A DNA stretch of 64,000 nt, from assembly GCF_964355755.1 (NCBI RefSeq), contig NC_092680.1, positions 6,262,001-6,326,000 on the forward strand, written 5' to 3'. Below the pieces are notes generated by a model that worked only from the letters and a program-made list of their open reading frames with translations, was not told the DNA's origin and ran no database searches. A program made the position numbers and the translations under genes. The stretch comes from Antedon mediterranea. Lineage: Eukaryota; Animalia; Echinodermata. This document shows, in pieces, positions 37,518 to 49,516 of the stretch. The stretch's first letter is position 1, and each line of letters opens with the position of its first letter.

Positions 37518-37842
37518 AAAACAAGGCCAACAGCCATAAGTCGCGTGCTAAAACGCATAGTGATACCGAACCGACAGACAGACCGACCGACCGACATAGT
37601 GAACTGTAATCAGTTTTAAAATACTTATATTTAGTCACACACACACAAATCAGTTTATTTGATCCATAAAGAAAAAAAATACAAAGCAAAAAATATACAA
37701 AAGGACCAGGGAGACTTCCATTAAGGCCAAAAGCCGCATGCATGGAAGCCACCCGAACATTTTAACGATGTCGGTCGGTTGGTTGGTCGGTCGGTGAACA
37801 CTAACTTGAGCACGCGACTGCAGCCATGTATATGGTCTTGTT
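37518..37842. mobile_element. Two HINE fragments in opposite orientation (37518-37608 minus, 37768-37842 plus)
   Basis: Same subTIR, microsatellite and CCTTGTT ends as the other HINE copies. Confidence 0.65.
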
Positions 37843-39466
37843 ATGACATTTTATAGCTTAAAATGTCGGGTTTTTTTCTCGATTTATTGTTTCAATGAAG
37901 ATTGATTCTAAGGCAAGAATAGCTTAGCAGCCGGAATTTAATGTGTGGGGAATAGTTTAAATAAATGTATTTGTGGTGATTGATCAGTGAACATATAATA
38001 CAAAGAAAAATAAAGGGGTTAATTGATACTTTGAATATATAGGTCTGGGTTGAAAAATATACTTTGACTGGTTATTAAAATAACATATTGTTTGTTTGTC
38101 AAATGTATCATGGATTGTCATATATAGGATGGAATGGAAGAAGTGAGTATAGATCAATAATTCGATTTAGCGTTAAAAGTCTGTACCAAAATTGACAAGA
38201 CAAAATAAACATGGTAGTTACTTTCACTTTTAGTACCTGAAAAGCATTTCTTAATTATTTATTTAAAAATTATATGAATCAATGATTTTCATAATTATTC
38301 TTTTCGGAAAAAAAAGTTTTAAAAAAGAATAAAATTAATACATAGGGGTCTAAGGAAGGAGACAACAAATATCCTTAACTGAAGACAAAAATGTACGCCT
38401 TAAGTCTGCTGATATTGGAAAATTTAGGAACGAATTGCAAAAAAAATAGCTTGGAACAACGTTGACTTCACAAACATCAGACTTGCTCAAAAGAACAATT
38501 TGTATCTTTCAGTTTCAACAACAAAAATGTCATTAATGTCCCGGATGTGGAAAACTTTTTTTAGGAAAGTTGAGCCACTTAAAGTCTCCAGGACCGATGG
38601 TTTCTCAAATAAAATAACATTGTAATTAAAATTTGCTATTCCCAACTTAAATTTTATCTAATGTTTATTCAAGTGGTCTGTTTAGAAATCGGTTGTAATT
38701 ACTCAAATACCTATAAAGTTAAGAAGACACCATAAACAATGGTTTTAGACCAACTCTTGGGAAAATATTCAAAACTCGTCTTCGTTTTTGTTCTTTTAGT
38801 GAGACTTTTATAGATACAATATTATACTTAGGGTTGGTAAATTTGGTAAATTATTTATTATTTCTGCCCTAACACGTTTAGAAAAAACTGCATTGGTTTG
38901 GATTTTATTAAAAGTTAACATAAATTGCCGATTTTCTATGGTTGAGGATTGCAATACTTAACTTTTTTTCACGTGCTCAATTCGAACGTTTCGTCCGTTA
39001 TCACTCTCAATTCCGCCTGCTTTCTTTCCGTCGACGACGGACAGTACTTGCCAAAATGTGCATTCTCTTTAGCGGATGTTACTCGTTTCCAGTACAGTCA
39101 TTTCGTTGCAATTATGACATTTGAAAGTGGAAACAAGTTTCCAAACGCGAATCGACAGCGAGAGGTGGTATCAGTAGCTATTTTACGCAATTAACTCCGT
39201 CAGACAATGAACATTTATAATAAATGTACAATAAAAAAAACAGAAATAGAACGGATATGTGGCCGCCGTTGGCGTACCGTTCTTATTTAGAGTGTTTAAT
39301 CGTTTTCGATGGACTGTCACATGAGTTTAAATAATGCTCTATAACAGCAGTTTAGACTTACATTTCCATCAGTGACGCCATTTCAGTAATATCATTGAAC
39401 ATGGCGCCATCATGTACGAGTAAGTACCTATAATACGACTTTGTAGCAAATCATTTAGTATAATGT

Positions 39467-39635
39467 TATATATAAATACAAAGGCACATTGCTGAAAAAA
39501 ATGACAATGCTATGGTTATCAATGGCTGGATCTCAATGGAGATACAAAATAAAATAAGTAAAAGCTAAATCAAAACTATAAAGTAAAACAACCAGAAAAG
39601 TTAGCAGAGCTTTCGGGCAAAACAGCATCATCAAA
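39467..39635 (-). mobile_element. Second Penelope-like hammerhead repeat copy (core mutated TTGATGA)
   Basis: Reverse complement matches 19597-19690 (GAAAGCTCTGCTAACTTTTC ... CTCCATTGAGATCCAGCCA ... GCATTGTCATTTTTTTCAG) with a ~50-bp extra segment. Confidence 0.65.
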
Positions 39636-41369
39636 TTATTCTCAGTACTAACGTAGGGCTTCTATATACTGAACCTCTTAACTATATTTGTTATTTTAAC
39701 AATTAAATTAGGTAATCCTGACTCAGTTATTTACTTTAAAAGTGTCTGTCTTTTATAGGAACAAGGTTAAGAATTTACAAATGGTAAATTAACCACAATT
39801 TAAAATAATATTATGATAATTATTCAACTTTACTGGAAAGATAAAAAAAGTGTATTCTTCCTTAATTGATTATTATTAAGTGGAAGCTATGTTCTGTATC
39901 CAATATCGACCATTTAATGTAACTGTTTAATGTTTGATTAGTGGGAGCTGTGAGAAATTCTTAATTTAATCTTAATTTAAATTCAGAAAACAACAATTCA
40001 TCTTAAAAACAACCATAAACATATAAAGATTTTACTTTTGCCATATTAAATTGTTTAAAATACTCAGTTTGTAGGCCTATAATTATTAAACATTTTTAAG
40101 TTTTAAATTTCTTTTAATTTTTTTCCAATTATTAAAATATTATTCTTGTTCTTATTTTATTTTTGCGATGATTTCAGCGCATTCCAGTATAAAACATAGT
40201 TTAATGAATGCCTACAGTATAATGCCTATAAAAACTCTTTGGTCTAAGTATAATTCTTATTTCCAAGATATAATGTAAGTAAGTTATAGATTTAAATTTC
40301 TGATTAAGCCAAGAAAGCATTTAATTATTAATTAAATCAATGTAATTTTACATGGATTGACTTGAATCAATTCAATCTAAATCGTCATTATAATAATAAT
40401 ACAAGAGTTTATTGCAATTATTTTATTCAGTAAACAAAATCAGTAGTTATACTAAAAATAACTGTTTACTTACCCAATTGAACATTAGTTCGTGCTAACT
40501 ATACATCTTGAAATGAACGAGCGGATTATAAGATGCTGTTGTCTTGTTTAAAAGAAGTATGCGCGTGGTCGAAATGTTTAACAGTAGGCCTAAAGTAAAG
40601 TATCCAGATACGGTACTATTCAGCAACACAGTAGGTGCTTACTAAAACAATGTTGCAATGATAAGTGAAACGTCCACATAAAAAAGTGTATTTATATAGA
40701 AAATGCAAGCATACCTGATTCAGGCTTTTTTCAAACATTACGACTTTCTAAATGCAAGCGCCAAATAATGGATGTTTTATATTTAACCGTTTATGGTGTA
40801 TGATCGATTACAGAAAGATCATCAGTGCAACGTACATTTTGCTCGCGTGCGATACAATACGCCACAACTAATACTTTCCGATGAGCTATACAAGATCTTA
40901 ATTGCCTATGTTCGGTATTAGTTTCTTATGAGTATATATAATTATTATTTTAATTACTAGACATAATAAAATATATATATATATATTTTGAAGCGAGTAA
41001 AATGCGCATGCGCATCCTATTCTCTAAGTTGTTTCAATGGCCTTCTCATTGTGGTTCTGATTCTGACAAAACCAATCAACAACATTTTTTCTGTAAGTCT
41101 CTCAAACGGAATGATTTATGAAAGACAGGTAATTGAAGCTTTGAATCGATTGAGAATGTTAAAATACGCTGAGCCAACACGCTATTAGGGAGACTAAATA
41201 CTTAAATTAACTCGTTGCATTTGAAACTTTTGTGAGCCGGGAAGGTGAAAATTTCCACAGTTCGTGTACAACAAAGCAAGAAACAGCACGAAAAAAAACC
41301 ATTTAATCCATAATGTTTAATCGAAACAAAATATCCCTACTTTATTTTTGGAGTCATTATATGGGGCTG

Positions 41370-42829
41370 CACTGTTAAAAATAAACCTGTATTTTAACGG
41401 TATTCTACTGGCAGCAGCAGGACGCCAGTAAAATACCGTTAAAATACATGGCCTGTTAAACGGTGTATACTGTTAAAATACAGTTTATAAAAAGTTGTTT
41501 TTTAACAATAAACCTGTATTTTAACGGTATTCTACTGGCAGCTGCAGGACGCCAGTAGAACACCGTTAAAATACATGGCCTGTTAAAAGGTGTATACTGT
41601 TAAAATACAGTTTATAAAAAGTTGTTTTTTAACAATAATCCTGTATTTTAACAGTAAAACACAGAGAGCTGGGACGCCAGTAGAAAAATACATTGGCCTG
41701 TTAAATCACAGTACTGTTAAAATAAATTAAACATTCTAATCCTGTATTTTTACGGTAAAATACTAGCAACTAGACGTAACATTAACTGTTTTTAAACAAT
41801 TAAATACTGCAATTCTACAGTCAATTACCGTACAAATACGTTGACTAAAAATGCATTGGCCTGTTAAATTACTGTACAAAGCTGTTAAAATATGGTTTAT
41901 AAAAAACAGGTTTAATCAACAAAATCCTGTTTTTGTACTGAGATGCCAGTAAAAATATAGGATTTAAATGTGTAAAGCAGTTTGTACCAACTGTATTTTA
42001 ACAGTATTATACTTTAGTAATACTGTTAGCTGGGACAGCAGTTAAATACCATAAAAAGGGTCTGTTAAAGTAAAGTAGTGTTGAGTCACATGAAGAATTA
42101 CAGAAAAAAACATTTTTATTTTCTCAAAACTTCAGCTTATGAACAGAAAATGCAAGGTTTCAATGTTACCGTTATTAAATGAACAATTGACAAAGATATA
42201 ATTGTTACTGTATAACTTGTACATAATCATTAACATACTAAAACCAACAATTATCATCATCTAAAATGTAACGGTACATTGATACCTGTGCACAGTATAA
42301 ATAACTTGTACATAATCATTAAAATCTAAAACCAACAATTATTATCATCTAAAATGCAATTCACTGACTGTCTGTACCTGTACAGTATAACCTTGTACAG
42401 AATCATTAACATACTAAAACCAACAATCATCATTATCTAAAATGTAATACGGTACATTAATACCTGTACAGTATAACTTGTACATAATCATTTAAATCTA
42501 AAACCAACAATCATCATCATCTAAAATGCAATTCACTGACTGTATGTAAATGTACAGAATAATTTTGTACATAATCATTAACATACTAAAACCGGGTGTC
42601 TAGAAAACTCAGATCTAGAAAACTCAGATCTCAGATATATCTGAGTTTTCTAGATCTAGAAAAGTCAGATAGATCTAGAAAACTCAGATATCAATTTCTC
42701 GTTAAATAACGGACATTATACAGTAAAACTTATTTTGACGGTCATTCACCATATTTTTACTTACAAACTGTGGAATAACAGTAAATACCGTAAATTCTAA
42801 CTGTGAATTTACAGTTATTTTTAACAGTG
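41370..42829. mobile_element. CACTG-type EnSpm/CMC non-autonomous element with internal tandem arrays
   Basis: Perfect 15-bp TIR CACTGTTAAAAATAA / TTATTTTTAACAGTG, 2-bp TSD TG; 127-bp units from 41381 and ~87-bp units at 42211-42593. Confidence 0.85.
42594..42695. mobile_element. Left-arm fragment of the MULE foldback element
   Basis: GGGTGTCTAGAAAACTCAGATCTAG... matches the start of 29514-30076. Confidence 0.85.
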
Positions 42830-43894
42830 TGCGATACAAAAACCAATTTAGGTTTTAAGCACCTTCATGCCGTAGGCCAGTCTAAATGTATTAAACACAG
42901 AGCATTAGTAAAATTACCCGAGACAAAATTGCTTACAAGTATTCGCAAAATGTGTAGTTATTTTACCGGCATATATAAAATAAACTAATTCTTCAACAAT
43001 TTAATAAATTAGTAATTTTACTGTCGAAACGTCAATATGAATATCAAGCTATCAAGCCAGCGTGTTATTATTTGAATACATTTAAATGTTATTTGTTTAG
43101 CCTACTCAAAAAATTCCAGCGTCGGCCAAGCGCCTATGTCATGTACATGAGATTGTAACTAGTTCCAAGACTGGCTATCCCTGATTTCTTTCCCCAAAAA
43201 TATAATTATTCTTTAGTAATGATAATAATAATAATAAATGCGATTACATCAGCGAATAGCGATGTTTTCGGGTTGGTCTTTCCTCACTTTTGAAAAGATA
43301 ATAAAAACGTTGAATTATCGAAAAATACTCACATTTGTTCGTCAAGCTCCTGTGTTTTCTGGAATTTAAAAAAAGTAAGGCAGCCGTTAGGCAATACGAT
43401 TTGTGTTGAATGCAATTGACGTCCGTTTAATGTTATCAAGTATCTCCTATAAAATAACCGACAGGAACATTATGTATACTTTATGCGACAGAGAAAATAG
43501 CTTATGTGTAAACTTGGAAGAAAAAAAGTTAAATTCCACTATAAAAATGTGTAACTCCATGACCATGTTATGCCGTAGTATTATGCCACATCAACTATAC
43601 ACTCATTAATTATTTGTATGTACCGCAGTGGTCATGATTACAAATATCGTGCCAGGCCGTTAAATTTAATGTTTAGCCAAGTCGATCACCTGTCAAATAC
43701 CGGCAATTACACGATTGATTTAAATCACAAAAGCCTGTACATACTCATGTTCCATTGTGTAAAACCACTGTATCAGTCAAAACGCGAGACGTATACGTGA
43801 CGAAGTGAAAATATTTTGTGTTAATCGTCCATTGTAATTATTCTATATAATAATATGTATATTTGTTTTTTACAAATAATTTAATTTTTTTAAT

Positions 43895-46282
43895 AGGGAC
43901 TTTAGCGATGAAGGAGAAGAGAATGTGGGCCGAATAGTTAAAAATTATTTTTTAGAATCTCTTTTTACACAAAATGTTACATAGAGAGGAAATTATTAAA
44001 AAAAAAAATACAATTAAATCGATGAAAACTTTTTTACAAGAGAGATTTCGATATTTTACCGTGTTAGGCCTAGGCCTATAAGAAATAAATGTTTTATCGT
44101 GAACTTGAAATTCAAGCGCTTTATCTGCCAACAGTGTAAGAGAGTATTAGGTGCACTAAATAACGGATGCTTTTAATGTTAATTAAAGGCCTACTCAAGC
44201 TCTATCATTATACCTGGGATTGTGATGTATCGACGTTTTAAAACTGTTTGTTCATGCCTTCTTCTAAAGTATTCGTTTAGGCCTAGTACAAGACCTAATT
44301 TCTTTACTTCAGATTCAATTTTCTTACTTTTGTTTGAGTTTAAACTGGTTACAGAAGGCCTACATCATAGCCTACATCTATAAAATGTACGGTATGTTAT
44401 GTAAATAGAAACATAAATATTTATTATAAAAGAAAAATGCATTTAGAGTAAGTTATTTTTTCCGAAGCAATATGGTAAAAATATAGTTATTTCATCGAGG
44501 ACAGGAAGATGGCGCGGTCTCTCCCTACCTAGGCACTAAAGGCTCTGTCACAGCCTTGGGTCGTTTCCACGACGTCACCATCACCAGATGCATTGATGTT
44601 GCATACTGATGTGTGGTGGAAGCGTACAATTCTGTGGACCCAAAAACACAGTAACTCTATTCCACCAATATTGATCAGCGTGGGATTCGAACCTACAGCA
44701 TTCATGTTTATTAACAATCTGATCATCTTGCTTAACTATGCTTATTTGCCTATTTAGGACGTAATGATGAATTACATATGAGGTGCGTATAAATAGACTT
44801 TGTTGTGTCAGATGTTCAGTTACGTAGACCTACTTTGTGGCATAACGGGTAATGCTCTGTTTCGAGTACTATCAGTTGGGTTTCGACTCACTCTACGATA
44901 TTTTTTTCGTTTAAATATGCAAAACAACAATTGGTTTTTCTTAATTGTGGCATTTCGGCAACCGTGTTAGGGCTGAGTTAAGAATATCTTGAAAAATAGA
45001 GCTAACAGGTCCTCATAAATTGCACTTACTTTGAAAATGTCAGGCCTAGGCATAAAAAGTGGCCCTTTCAACCTTTTTGAGGGTACGTTTGAGGGTACCT
45101 CGCCTATGTGTTCGTGTTAGTATCAAGCTAATAAGTGTAAGTTAAGAAATTGTATCATAATTATATCTCTCATCAGGGGAAAATCCAGATAAAGACCTCG
45201 TATTCACAATTTTGCCAAAGGATGATAAAGAAACAACAGACTAGATAAAATTTGAAGTGGGATTATAAATGGGAAATGGACCTTGATTCCTCCTGCCTTT
45301 CTGGATGTTTCCAATTCCAGTTTTGAATTCTCCTGACTAATATTATGAAACTGATATAATGTGGCAGCATGGAATTTACGGCTGTAAACAATTACCTTTA
45401 TTATTGTTTATTTTAATATATGAGGTTCGTTGACATCCACGCTACTATTAATACACTGCATGTTATAATTATAATCGATGTATATATGAACAGTATTAAA
45501 ACGTAAATCTGTATTTCACTTCTAACAAGCTAGATGCGACCTACTTTCTCCATGATTTTACATAGCTGGTGATACTTGTAAAACATAGATCCATCAAAAG
45601 TTAGTATCCGTGCACGTGTAATGTTAGTTGCACCATTAAGAGGCACCTGGTATTTGACGATGGCTTTACAACAATCCGAAATCCAAAAAAAATACGTTCA
45701 GTTGTCTGCCAGAAACAATTTAATGACGTCATAAGGCGTCGTTTTCATAGTATTATGTTCTTTTATCTAACAATTTTCACTTATTATGATCATTTTAAAA
45801 CAATAGCCAGACGCTTTAATAACGCAGAAAGTAGAAAATGTTGTTTTTATTCTCAGACAACTAGTATTAATGTTTGACATTTACATAATAAACTGCCGGC
45901 CCGGTAACGTATACAGCTTAAGTGTATAGGTCGACCATCGCAATTTTATAGCCGGCTTGTGAACAATATTAATATTATAACTTTATCACACCAGGATATC
46001 AGTAGCAGTTTTTCGTTATAATTTTTTTTTTTATAATTTCATTTCTATTTTTCCAGTTTCAAGTGAAAAAAAACGGTAGACTTCCACTTAGGCTAAGTAC
46101 AACATCGACTGATATATGGAAGACCAAATTGGATTTTCAATCTTCTTCTGAAAATCTTTTTTTTAAATAGTCGATCATTTGAGATGTCGATTCATCAAAT
46201 TTCTTTCTTCAGTTCTTTTAACATTACTGTACGCCTAAAAATGTTTTTTGTGGCTTGAAGAGTCATCTACGCTAAAGTCCCT
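43895..46282. mobile_element. Possible ISL2EU/PIF-like TIR element
   Basis: 13-bp perfect inverted repeat AGGGACTTTAGCG (43895-43907) / CGCTAAAGTCCCT (46270-46282); flanks AT and GT; no recognisable transposase. Confidence 0.35.
44515..44745 (-). mobile_element. Degenerate tRNA-derived SINE
   Basis: Minus-strand B box GGTTCGAATCCC (~44682-44693) followed by a GC-richer body. Confidence 0.35.
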
Positions 46283-46357
46283 GTTACTTGTTTGAGTTAC
46301 GAAGATTTACCCAAGTACCCTGGCTAACAAGAAACTCAATAATAAAGGAGAGCGGGT

Positions 46358-46477
46358 AAAAACAAGGTCATATACATGGCCGTAGTCGCGTGCTCAAATG
46401 TGCGTTAGTGTTTACCGACCGACCGACCGACCAATCGACCGACATAGTGAGCTGTAGGCCTAGAGTCGCGTCTAAAA
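46358..46477 (-). mobile_element. HINE carrying a GGCCTA micro-insertion
   Basis: AAAACAAGGTCATATACATGGCCGTAGTCGCGTGC...(GACC)n...GCTGTAGGCCTAGAGTCGCG. Confidence 0.7.
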
Positions 46478-46739
46478 TTAATTAAGGTATTCCAAAATAT
46501 TGGTGTCGTTTTCACACTGCGTACTATATAATGTTAAAGACAAATTGTTAGTTTGTAATTTATCTTTGCAGGATGTCAATAACGTTTTTAGTTGTTTTGG
46601 TCTGACAGATTTGACAATCAACGTGTATCCTTTTATTAGTAATCGATGTTATAGGGGTACTGGTACCCCGACTGGCACTTTATCTCCTACCTTAGGCCTA
46701 GGCCTACTTAGATAATAGTTGTGGTAAACTATTAGATAG

Positions 46740-47683
46740 ACATTACTACAAGCCATTGCACAAGAATGGAAAGACGTTATTAAGTCAAAAAATGAAAATA
46801 CAATACAGGACAAGGTTCAGTCTGCTACTAAATTATGTAAAATAACAAGTAAGCAAATGTATAACTGTTTTATTAGAAAAAAAGGTATAGAACCAAAATG
46901 TCAAATAAAATGGCAGTTGTACTTTAATACTACAATTGATTGGAAATTAACCTGGGAGCGTAAAATAAAATTAAGGATTACAAGCTCAAACAAATTAACT
47001 TTAAGTTACTACATGATTATTCCAACTAGAAAGAGGTTATGTATATGGAAAATTGTAAACATAAACAAATGTCCACAATGCGACTGTGTTGAAGACGATG
47101 CACATTTATTTTTTGAATGTGCGGAAGCAAATAATTTGTGGCTTTACATAAATGAACATACAATAACTAAATTCAATATCGAGGCAAATTTAAAAAATAT
47201 AATACTTGGCACTGGAAATACATATGTAGATCATGTGTTTTCAATTGGTTTGCTAAGCATATACAAAGCTAATGTATTAAAACAACTAAATAAATGGAAA
47301 CATGCCTCACTTCATCATCTCTTTATAAATGAAAAAAATATAAGAAAAAACATATTATCAATGCTATAAACAACAATTATGTATAAAAATAATGAAACGT
47401 ATTACTTACCTGAAAAATTGTATAAATAAAAAAATGAATGTTTTTTTGAAACACTATCCATACGCGTAAGATATAATATTATAAAGTTTATTTTAATGTA
47501 TGTGCAATATTTATATACAGTACTATAAAAAGATTGTTTGTGTGCTGTCTTATATTAACAACTTCTTCTATAATATTATTTTATTATATTATATAATAAT
47601 GAATTTTGTATATACATTATTGAATGAATAAAGATTGAATGAATAAAGATGGGAGAGACCCATAGGCCTAAAAGAAAAAAAAA
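46740..47683 (+). mobile_element. 5'-truncated L1/Tx1-clade LINE
   Basis: Open frame from 46740 (LLQAIAQEWK) to 47369 with zf-RVT-like CPQC...HLFFEC; AT-rich 3' UTR, two AATAAA, poly(A); 10-bp TSD TATTAGATAG (46730-46739, 47684-47693). Confidence 0.85.
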
Positions 47684-48144
47684 TATTAGATAGGTAGAAA
47701 AGTTGATTGACAATCAAGCTTGATTAACAAACTAAATGTCTGTTCATGATTAGGTCGGTCAAGATTTAATTTGATGTAAGAAATGTAATTACTGCAGTAT
47801 AATAATAATAATTCAGCATTGAAAAAGGATGTGTCAAAATAGGCCTAGGCCTCCCTACTATAGGCCTTAAGCAAAAATGCAAAGGACCCGAGACTTACTA
47901 ACTAAATATTGGTGGTGAACACAATGTGGCATTAAAAATGTGTAAACACTATTAAAATAACAAATGTTATTATGATTATTTAATATTTAAAAAACAAATT
48001 GAGAACGACAATTTTGAAAATGTTATGTTGAGCTGATTATTATTATGATTATGATTGGGGGAGGGATAGACCGCGGGGTGTGTTGGAGGTGTGTCACTTT
48101 CATGGAGTACGCCCCCTGTCTTGCTCTACTCTCTCTTTTTCATC

Positions 48145-48354
48145 ATGGCGTTACAGGCAGCTTGCAGACGTGTTGGTTTTGTGACAATTTCAAGACTTTC
48201 AAGAACCGTTTCTGCTTCAATATGTCAGCGTATGCAAAGCACAGATGGTCCTCTTTTAATAGACAGTGATCCCCAATTTGCATTTCTAAAAGATTTAGGT
48301 TTAAATGCCGACAATAAGGGTGTCTTTAATGGGAGCTGGTGCGGTAGCGGCGAG
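48145..48354 (+). CDS. ALDH7A1: ALDH7A1 (antiquitin, alpha-aminoadipic semialdehyde dehydrogenase) exon 1
   Basis: MALQAACRR...RMQSTDGPLLIDSDPQFAFLKDLGLNADNKGVFNGSWCGSGE|GTGAGA; resembles the antiquitin N-terminus. Confidence 0.9.
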
Positions 48355-49042
48355 GTGAGAATTTAGGCCTAGCCAGGCCAGGCCAGACCTCTCGTCCTTG
48401 CACGGATACGTTGAGTGTGTTCCACTACTAGCTAGGCCTAGGCGCATAGACAATGGGTTATGCTAGGCATAGCTGGTATAATACTAATATTAGTAATAAT
48501 GATTAATAATAATTGTATAGTAGGCCTGGGTGGGCCTAGCTAGGCTATTTTATTGCTCATTTAGGCCCAAACCGCCATACATATAGGCCTAATAATTAAA
48601 TTTAATATAAAACAGTACTCAAGCTGACAGACGCCCCCCCCCCCCCACCCCAAAAAAAAAAGAAACATGCACAAAAAAAAAAAATTTAAAAAATTACACA
48701 ATAAAGTAGGCCTATACTCATAATTACAACTATCAACAACTTATTTTACATTAATGCGGACAAATTGAATTGATTAGATAATAATAGGTAATAGAATAGT
48801 CTAGATAGATGTATGTAGGGCCTAGCTGCAGAGTACTGTAGGAACTGTGTAAATGGCAATTCCACACTGGAGACATGGGATGGGACATTAAGACTGGACT
48901 ACAGAAAGACTACAATTACATTTTAGGTATATTCATGATGTAATATTTACCCTCAGCTAGTAGATTGATGAGCATGATGTTATTTACCCTCAGCTAGTAG
49001 ATTGATATGATGAGCATGATGTTATTTTTTTGTGTATTACAG

Positions 49043-49162
49043 ATTGTGACATCAGTCTGCCCGTTCAATGGCAAGCCAATAGCCCGTGTACAGCAAGGAA
49101 CGAAGGAAGAATACAACACAGCAGTTGAAAATTCAATTGAAGCTTGGCATGATTGGGCTAAG
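49043..49162 (+). CDS. ALDH7A1: ALDH7A1 exon 2
   Basis: AG|IVTSVCPFNGKPIARVQQGTKEEYNTAVENSIEAWHDWAK|GT, 120 nt. Confidence 0.92.
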
Positions 49163-49516
49163 GTACATACATTTTCATTTTGTAGTATAAAATTCATACC
49201 AGTCCTCTTAATACCAAAGCTATCCCAATGCTAAAATTTGTCACAGTTTCTGGTGTAAAAGGTGGGAATGGGATCGAGGGCGAGCGTGACAAGAATTAAA
49301 ATGTTATGCTATATCCAAAGTTACACACTCGATCTGCCCCTGCTATTATCTGTCCCATACTGTATCACGGTCGATTTGGAATATCAGGAGAACAATTATT
49401 TCTACGCCATGAAAAAATTTTCCGCAATAATGGACAATTATTGCCTGCACCAATCAATATGCATGCAAACCACCTGTTCTCTTTGTTGAATGTGTGATTT
49501 TAATTTTCTGCAGCAA

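Noticed and set aside
45170-45330. Exon-like segment (GENPDKDLVFTILPKDD...)
   Set aside because: In-frame stop and no recognisable homology.
48935-49030. ~37-bp tandem duplication with extra AG sites before ALDH7A1 exon 2
   Set aside because: The canonical acceptor at 49042 keeps frame and homology; no evidence that the alternatives are used.
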